From: Longimicrobiales bacterium
GTDB lineage: Bacteria > Gemmatimonadota > Gemmatimonadetes > Longimicrobiales > Gaopeijiaceae
NCBI GenBank assembly: GCA_965204735.1
Contig: OZ242008.1
Location: forward strand, 1,696,001 to 1,760,000
DNA: 64,000 bases
Reading direction: 5' to 3'
In this document: piece after piece, positions 58,208 to 64,000 of the stretch
Position numbering within the stretch: the stretch's first letter is position 1
Layout: every line of letters begins with the position of its first letter
Made by a program: the position numbers and the translations under genes
Notes under the pieces: generated by a model
The model's database searches: none
What the model saw: only the letters and a program-made list of their open reading frames with translations
Told to the model about the DNA's origin: nothing

Positions 58208-58660
58208 GTGGCCGGGGCGTTGCGCAGCGGAGATGGACGGTCCAGCCGCCTGGGGCGCGGCCGCCTCCGGACGTTGTCCGTCCTCGTGATCGGCCGGCGC
58301 GGCGCTCTCGGCCTGCGCTTGGCGGCGTGGGCGCTGGCTCTGGCGCTGGCGTCGGCCGGCTGCGGCGCGGGCCGAAGCATGGGCAGCCCGCTCGAAGGCT
58401 CCGGCGGCGAGTCCGACGAGATCGAGATCCTGGTTCGCAACGACAACTTCAGCCAAGTCACGGTCTACACTGCGCGCAGCGGCGCGTACCGCAGGCTGGG
58501 GATCGTTCCCGGCAAGGGCGAATCCACCTTTCGGACCGAGTGGTACCTTCCCGACATCCAGCTTCGGGTCAGGTTCCTCGCGGGACCCGACTTCTTCACC
58601 GAGAGACTTCCCGTCAGCCCAGGCGAGCTGCTGGAGCTGATCATCCCCGCCCGCGACTAG
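58208..58660 (+). CDS. Hypothetical lipoprotein (start uncertain)
   Basis: LASAGC lipobox followed by a small beta-rich domain. Confidence 0.6.
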   Translation: MAGALRSGDGRSSRLGRGRLRTLSVLVIGRRGALGLRLAAWALALALASAGCGAGRSMGSPLEGSGGESDEIEILVRNDNFSQVTVYTARSGAYRRLGIVPGKGESTFRTEWYLPDIQLRVRFLAGPDFFTERLPVSPGELLELIIPARD

Positions 58661-58731
58661 GCGCCAGCGCGGGTTGGGGGCCACCGGCGGCCGCCGGCGG
58701 GACCGCCGATCCACAGCGCCGGGAGACCACG

Positions 58732-60837
58732 ATGCGAACCGATTCGCCTTCGCCGCTTCCTCGCTTCTTCCCGGCGTCCGCCGCCGCGTGGTGGCTCGCC
58801 GGGGTCGGGGCGTTCGTCGCCGGAGCGGAAGCCCAGCAGCCCGAGGCGCGCACCTTCGGCATCGACCACGTCGTCGACATGACGCGGGTGTCCAGCCCCA
58901 AGATCGCCCCGGACGGATCGCGCGTCCTCTTCGTCAAGGACGAGCTGGAGTGGGACGAGAACGAGCGAACGAGCCAGATCTGGATCGTGGGCGCCGACGG
59001 CGAGGGAGCCCGTCCGTTCACCGGCTCCCCGGAGGACCGGGGTCCCGAGTGGTCGCCGCGGGGACGCTGGGTGGCGTTCACGCGCCCGGCGGGGGAAGGC
59101 GACGAGAAGCTCCGCCAGCTCTTCCTCCTGCCCTCCGACGGCGGAGAAGCGGTGCAGCTCACCAAGCACCCCACGGCGGTGGGTCGCTACGAATGGGCCG
59201 ACGGGGGCGCGTCGATCTTCTTCGTGGCGGCGGACTCCCTCCCGGACGACGTGGAGAAGGAGCGGAAGAAGGGCGACGACGCGGTCTTCGTCGACGAGGG
59301 ACCCAACGGCCAGCGGCGTGGCTCGTGGAACGGCGTCTGGAGGGTGGACGTGGACGTGGAGTTGTCCGGACTTCCGACGGACGCCGTCCGCTTGACGCCG
59401 CAGGGCCGGATCGTCGGGTCCTTCGCCCCGTCCCCGGACGGCCACCACCTGGCCTACGCCTACCGCACCGAGAACCGCCGCAACGCGGGTCACCTGTCGG
59501 AAGTGTGGCTCCTCTCGACGGCCACCGGCGACGAGCAGCGGATCACCGACAACGACGCCCCCGAATCCCAGCTGGCGTGGTCGCCCGACGGGCGCGCGAT
59601 CACCTTCGCGGCCCCCGACCTGGAGCATTGGGAGCTGGACCAGGGCAACCTGTACCGCTACCACGTCCCGACGGGACGCACGAGCCAGCTCCTGGCCGAC
59701 TTCGAGGCCGACCTGCGGGGCTACGAGTGGCACCCAGGCGGGCGCGCCGTCGACTTCACCGCCCTCGACCGCACCGACGCGCACCTCTACCGCCTGGACG
59801 TGTCCTCGGGAGAAGTGGAGCAGCTCACCTCTGCGACGGGAGTGACGGGCGCGGCGTCCTGGAACGCCGTTCACGACGTGGCCGTCTTCGAGCGCTCGTC
59901 CCCCACGGCGCCCGGCGAGATCTGGCTGGCCGACTTCCGCGACGACGCCGACGGCGCCCCTATGCGACTAACAGAAGCCAACCCGCAGCTGGCGGAAATT
60001 GACCTAGCGGAGCCGGAGCTGGTGCGCTGGACGAGCTCCGACGGCCTTGAGATCGAAGGGGTTCTCTACCGACCCGCCGGACGGGATCGACCCGGCCCCG
60101 CCGTCCTGCAGATACACGGAGGGCCGGCAGGCGTCTTCACTCGCGGATTCAACGCCGGGGCCCAGCTTCTCGTCGCCCAGGGATACGCGGTGCTTCAGCC
60201 GAACGTGCGGGGCTCTTCGGGCTACGGCGACGCCCTGCTTCGGGGCAACGTCCACGACATCGGGGGAGGCGACTACGAGGACCTGATGACGGGCGTGGAC
60301 GCGATCGTCGAGCGCGGCGTGGCGCACCCCGACTCCCTGGCGGTGAAGGGGTGGAGCTACGGCGGCATCCTGGGCGGGTGGACGATCACCCGGACCGACC
60401 GCTTCAAGGCGGCCAGCCTGGGCGCGATGGTGGCGGATTGGCGAAGCGAGTTCGGCGCGGGCTTCAACTTCGACGTGGTGCGCTGGTACCTGGGAGGCGA
60501 CCCCTGGTCCAACCGGGAGTTCTGGACCGAGCGGTCGGCGTACACCCACCTGGACCGAGTGAGCACGCCGACGATCCTCTTCCACGGCGCCGAGGACACG
60601 ACCGACACGATGGAGCAGTCCATGAACTTCTTCGCGGGACTGCGCCACCTGGGAGTGGAGGCGCGCTTCGTCGTCTTCCCTCGGGAGGGCCACGGGATCC
60701 GCGAGCCCAGGCACCGCCGGACGTTGCTGGCCGAGGAGATCCGCTGGCTCCACAAGCACGTCAAGGGAATGGACGAATGGGAACCACCGCCGCGACCGTC
60801 GCCCGAGGACGAAGGGAAGAAGACGGCGATCTCCTAG
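58732..60837 (+). CDS. S9 family (prolyl oligopeptidase/acylaminoacyl) peptidase
   Basis: WSPDG propeller repeats, IHGGP, GWSYGG nucleophile motif, HGAED, EGHG. Confidence 0.93.
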   Translation: MRTDSPSPLPRFFPASAAAWWLAGVGAFVAGAEAQQPEARTFGIDHVVDMTRVSSPKIAPDGSRVLFVKDELEWDENERTSQIWIVGADGEGARPFTGSPEDRGPEWSPRGRWVAFTRPAGEGDEKLRQLFLLPSDGGEAVQLTKHPTAVGRYEWADGGASIFFVAADSLPDDVEKERKKGDDAVFVDEGPNGQRRGSWNGVWRVDVDVELSGLPTDAVRLTPQGRIVGSFAPSPDGHHLAYAYRTENRRNAGHLSEVWLLSTATGDEQRITDNDAPESQLAWSPDGRAITFAAPDLEHWELDQGNLYRYHVPTGRTSQLLADFEADLRGYEWHPGGRAVDFTALDRTDAHLYRLDVSSGEVEQLTSATGVTGAASWNAVHDVAVFERSSPTAPGEIWLADFRDDADGAPMRLTEANPQLAEIDLAEPELVRWTSSDGLEIEGVLYRPAGRDRPGPAVLQIHGGPAGVFTRGFNAGAQLLVAQGYAVLQPNVRGSSGYGDALLRGNVHDIGGGDYEDLMTGVDAIVERGVAHPDSLAVKGWSYGGILGGWTITRTDRFKAASLGAMVADWRSEFGAGFNFDVVRWYLGGDPWSNREFWTERSAYTHLDRVSTPTILFHGAEDTTDTMEQSMNFFAGLRHLGVEARFVVFPREGHGIREPRHRRTLLAEEIRWLHKHVKGMDEWEPPPRPSPEDEGKKTAIS

Positions 60838-60877
60838 AGGTCGGGCTCGTCGGCGAAGAAGCGATGGCCGAAGCGCC

Positions 60878-62263
60878 GTGATCCCCCAGGAGTTCGTCGC
60901 CGGAAAGCGCGACGGCCGGGAGCTCGAGCCGGAGCAGCTGCGGGCCTTCCTCCGGGCGTACATGGACGGGGACGTCGGGGACGAGCAGATGGCCGCCTTC
61001 CTGATGGCGGTCTACTTCCGAGGCCTCTCGCCGACCGAGCTGGACGTTCTGGTGGACGTCATGCTCCACTCGGGCGACGTGCTGTCGCGCAGCGGAGCGT
61101 CGGGCGCCGGCGAGGCGGCGTCGGCCGGCCGGCGGGCGTCGGCCGGACCGCGGGTGGACAAGCACTCGACGGGCGGGGTGGGGGACAAGGTCTCGCTCGC
61201 GCTGGCGCCCCTGGCCGCCGAGATGGGGATGGTCGTGCCGATGATGTCGGGGCGCGGGCTGGGGCACACCGGGGGCACGCTGGACAAGCTGGAGGCGATC
61301 CCCGGCTTCCGAACGCGGACCTCGCTGGCCGAGTTCGACCGCGCGCTGGCCGCGGTCGGGTGCGCGATGATCGGCCAGACCGACGAGATCGCTCCCTTGG
61401 ACCGTCGGCTCTACGCTTTGCGGGACGTGACTGCGACGGTGCCGTCGCTGCCCCTGATCACCGCGTCGATCATGTCGAAGAAGCTGGCCGAGAGCCTGGA
61501 CGGCCTGGTGCTGGACGTGAAGGTGGGGAAGGGGGCCTTCCTGCCCGAAGTCGGCCAGGCGCGGGAGCTGGCCCGGGCGATGGTGCGCGCCGGCGAGGCC
61601 CGGGGCTTGGCGACCACGGCGGTCCTCTCGGCGATGGACCGGCCCCTGGGACGCGCGATCGGCCACAGCCTGGAAGTGCGGGAAGCGGTGGCGTGCCTGG
61701 CCGGCGGCGGCCCGCCGGACTTTCGGGAGCTGGTGGTGCGCCTGGCGGCCGAGATGGCTCTGGCCGGCGGCGTGGCCGACGCCCTGGAAGAGGGCAGCGC
61801 AATGGCGGAGGCGGCCCTGGACGGTGGCGGGGCGCTGGAGCGCTTCGCGCGCATGGTCGCGGCCCAGGGCGGCGACCCCTCGTTCCTGGAAGAACGGGAC
61901 CTGGGCGAACGCGGCCTGCCCACCGCGGCGCGAACGACCCTCGCCACGGCGCGCGAGGACGGCGTTGTGGCGGAAATTGACCCACTTCCCCTGGGCTACG
62001 GGCTGATCGCCATGGGCGGAGGGCGGACCCGTCGGAGCCAGCGGATCGACCACGGGGTGGGCTTCGAGCTCGCCGTGCGGGTCGGCGACCAGGTGACGGC
62101 GGGCCAGCCGTTGGCCACGGTTCACGCTGCCGACGAAGCCGGTCTCGAGACAGGCGTCCGCGCGGTCGCCGACGCGACCCGAGTGGCCGGGGCCGCCGCG
62201 TCGGGCCAGGGCGCCGGGCCCAGCCCGTTGCCCCTCGTGCTGGAGCGAGTGGTCGGCTCGTAG
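60878..62263 (+). CDS. Thymidine/pyrimidine-nucleoside phosphorylase
   Basis: DKHSTGGVGDK, SGRGLGHTGGTLDKLE, YALRDVTATV, SIMSKK. Confidence 0.95.
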   Translation: MIPQEFVAGKRDGRELEPEQLRAFLRAYMDGDVGDEQMAAFLMAVYFRGLSPTELDVLVDVMLHSGDVLSRSGASGAGEAASAGRRASAGPRVDKHSTGGVGDKVSLALAPLAAEMGMVVPMMSGRGLGHTGGTLDKLEAIPGFRTRTSLAEFDRALAAVGCAMIGQTDEIAPLDRRLYALRDVTATVPSLPLITASIMSKKLAESLDGLVLDVKVGKGAFLPEVGQARELARAMVRAGEARGLATTAVLSAMDRPLGRAIGHSLEVREAVACLAGGGPPDFRELVVRLAAEMALAGGVADALEEGSAMAEAALDGGGALERFARMVAAQGGDPSFLEERDLGERGLPTAARTTLATAREDGVVAEIDPLPLGYGLIAMGGGRTRRSQRIDHGVGFELAVRVGDQVTAGQPLATVHAADEAGLETGVRAVADATRVAGAAASGQGAGPSPLPLVLERVVGS

Positions 62264-62330
62264 CAAGGGCGCGTGCCGACCGGACGACGCACGCGACCCG
62301 CGTTGGTCGAGCCGGCCCGCAGCGCGTGCG

Positions 62331-62552
62331 TCAGCCCTGACCGCTCCGGTACTCGATCCCTTCCTGATCCAGCGCTTCGGCCAGCTCGCGGGCCCGGTCT
62401 TCGCTGGTGCGAATGGCCATTCCGCACGTGGCCTGGGCGCTCCGCGGCGCCGGCACCACGTCGGCGGGTATCCCCCGCTCCTGGGCGACGTCCTCGGCCC
62501 ACAGGGCGTGGTGCGTGGTGGGGAAGGTGAAGGTGCGCGTGCGTTCGGTCAC
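62331..62552 (-). CDS. DUF3343-like small protein
   Basis: TFPTTHHAL..VVPAP..CGMAI; GTGA coupling to the PBP stop. Confidence 0.75.
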   Translation of the reverse strand: MTERTRTFTFPTTHHALWAEDVAQERGIPADVVPAPRSAQATCGMAIRTSEDRARELAEALDQEGIEYRSGQG

Positions 62553-64000
62553 TGGCTTTCGCGGTCGCATACGGTGGTGGGCTGGGTGCCGGGGAGGTAG
62601 AGCTCGACGTAGGCGTCCTCCGCCGGACACCAGCGCGACGCCAAGTGGCCGGTCCGCGAGTCCACCCGGGCGGCAACGAGCCCGTCCGGCACCGGCCAGG
62701 GAAGGGGAACGGCCAGCAAAGGCCTGGGCTGGACCCCCTCGGCTTGGGCTGTCCCGGCTTGCACGTCGCCGGCTTCGGCTTGGTCCGCTTCCGCTTCGCG
62801 AACGTCGTCGTAGTAGATGCGCCGCATGAAGCTGCCCCACACCGGGGCCGCCAGCCCTCCGCCCGTGGCCAAGGGAACGATCGGCTGAGGCTCGTCCATC
62901 CCGAACCAGACGGCGGCGGCGATGTCCGGCGTGAACCCGACGAACCAAGTGTCGGCGCCGTCGTTGGTGGTGCCGGTCTTGCCTGCCGCCGGGACGTCGG
63001 GGGAGAGCCCCGCCACGACCCGCACTCCGATGCGGCCGGTGCCGGCCTCGACCACGTCCTGCAGGAGCGAAACCGCGATCCGAGCCACCAGCGGATTCAG
63101 GACCTGCTGTCGGTCGGGCTGGGGCTCCCACAGGACCTCGCCGTCGGCGCTCTCGACCCGGACGATGGGGAACGGACGCACCCGCGTGCCCAGCGTCGCC
63201 AAGGTGGAGTAGACCTCCAGCATCTGAATGGGGATCACCTCCGCGGCGCCGATGAAGGAGGACGGATAGCGCTCCACCTCCGTGTCGATCCCGAGCCTCG
63301 ACGCCATGTCGACCACGGCGTCGACCCCCACTCGCAGCCCCAGCCTGATGGCGACCATGTTCTTCGACCGGCGCAGCCCGTGGCGCAGCGTCATGTAGCC
63401 GTCGAACCCCGGTTCGTAGTTGGAGGGCCGCCACTTCGTCCCGTCGAGCTGGTCCACGACCACCGGCGCGTCCAGCATGACCTCGGACGCCGGAACCCCG
63501 CTCTGCAGCGCCGCGGCGTAGACGATCGGCTTGAAGGCGGAGCCGGCTTGGCGGCGGGCCAAGGTGGCCCGGTTGAACTCGGAGTGGTTGAAGTCCCGTC
63601 CTCCCACCATCGCCCGGACGTGGCCCGTCTCCGGATCGGAGGCGACGAACATCCCCTGGACGTAGGGAACCGTCGCGTACCGGCCCTCGGCGCTCTCGGC
63701 AAACTCCCCGTAGGTCATGTGACGGAACCCGGCCCGGGCTTCGATCGCCTCCCACCCCTTCTCCATCGACGCCTCGGCGGCGGCCTGCATCTCCAGGTCG
63801 AGGGTCGTGTGAATGTGGAGCCCGGCCGTGTAGAGGAGCCGCGGCCCGAACCTCTCGTAGAGAATCGTGCGCACCCACTCGACGAAGTACGGGGCCGTCT
63901 CCTCGACGCGCTGGGCCAGCTCCCGCGGCACGTCCTCCTGCTTCCACCGCTCCGCCTCCGCCTCGGTCAGGTACCCCTGCTGGGCCATCAGCGTCAGCAC
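62549..64000 (-). CDS. Class A penicillin-binding protein (PBP1A family), transpeptidase part; 5'-truncated
   Basis: SAFK (SxxK), SKN (SxN), GKTGT, TTLD, WFVGFTP. Confidence 0.93.
   Translation of the reverse strand: MLTLMAQQGYLTEAEAERWKQEDVPRELAQRVEETAPYFVEWVRTILYERFGPRLLYTAGLHIHTTLDLEMQAAAEASMEKGWEAIEARAGFRHMTYGEFAESAEGRYATVPYVQGMFVASDPETGHVRAMVGGRDFNHSEFNRATLARRQAGSAFKPIVYAAALQSGVPASEVMLDAPVVVDQLDGTKWRPSNYEPGFDGYMTLRHGLRRSKNMVAIRLGLRVGVDAVVDMASRLGIDTEVERYPSSFIGAAEVIPIQMLEVYSTLATLGTRVRPFPIVRVESADGEVLWEPQPDRQQVLNPLVARIAVSLLQDVVEAGTGRIGVRVVAGLSPDVPAAGKTGTTNDGADTWFVGFTPDIAAAVWFGMDEPQPIVPLATGGGLAAPVWGSFMRRIYYDDVREAEADQAEAGDVQAGTAQAEGVQPRPLLAVPLPWPVPDGLVAARVDSRTGHLASRWCPAEDAYVELYLPGTQPTTVCDRESQ

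Overview
GC-rich bacterial chromosomal window. Gene content (SprA homologue, DUF5715-LysM, pilMNOPQ-aroC-aroK, topA-trmFO-xerC-hslVU-argF) is most compatible with Gemmatimonadota; this is inference only. Left part: 5'-truncated SprA-like protein, a frameshifted comEA followed by pilT and pilC, an alanine symporter, dinB, sod, marC, a LysM protein, a GT2 and a type IV pilus cluster. Middle: housekeeping genes, then tRNA-Leu(CAA) followed by a small accessory islet (solo HicB, TonB-receptor/lipoprotein operon, solo MqsA-like antitoxin). The most notable element is a divergent respiratory module at 48.7-55.0 kb. One arm is Rrf2 + small subunit + CuA subunit II + a heme-copper subunit I whose active-site Tyr is replaced by Gln (GHSSQQIN, eNOR-type NO reductase) + SCO. 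The other arm is a cytochrome b / 2x[4Fe-4S] / MvhD(FlpD) fusion with a small membrane-anchored partner and no Rieske or cytochrome c1 gene. Also seen: a shared A-tract/AGTCCCA motif upstream of both pilus/competence loci, and recurrent tandem duplications at gene junctions. All calls come from reading motifs by eye; no database searches were run.
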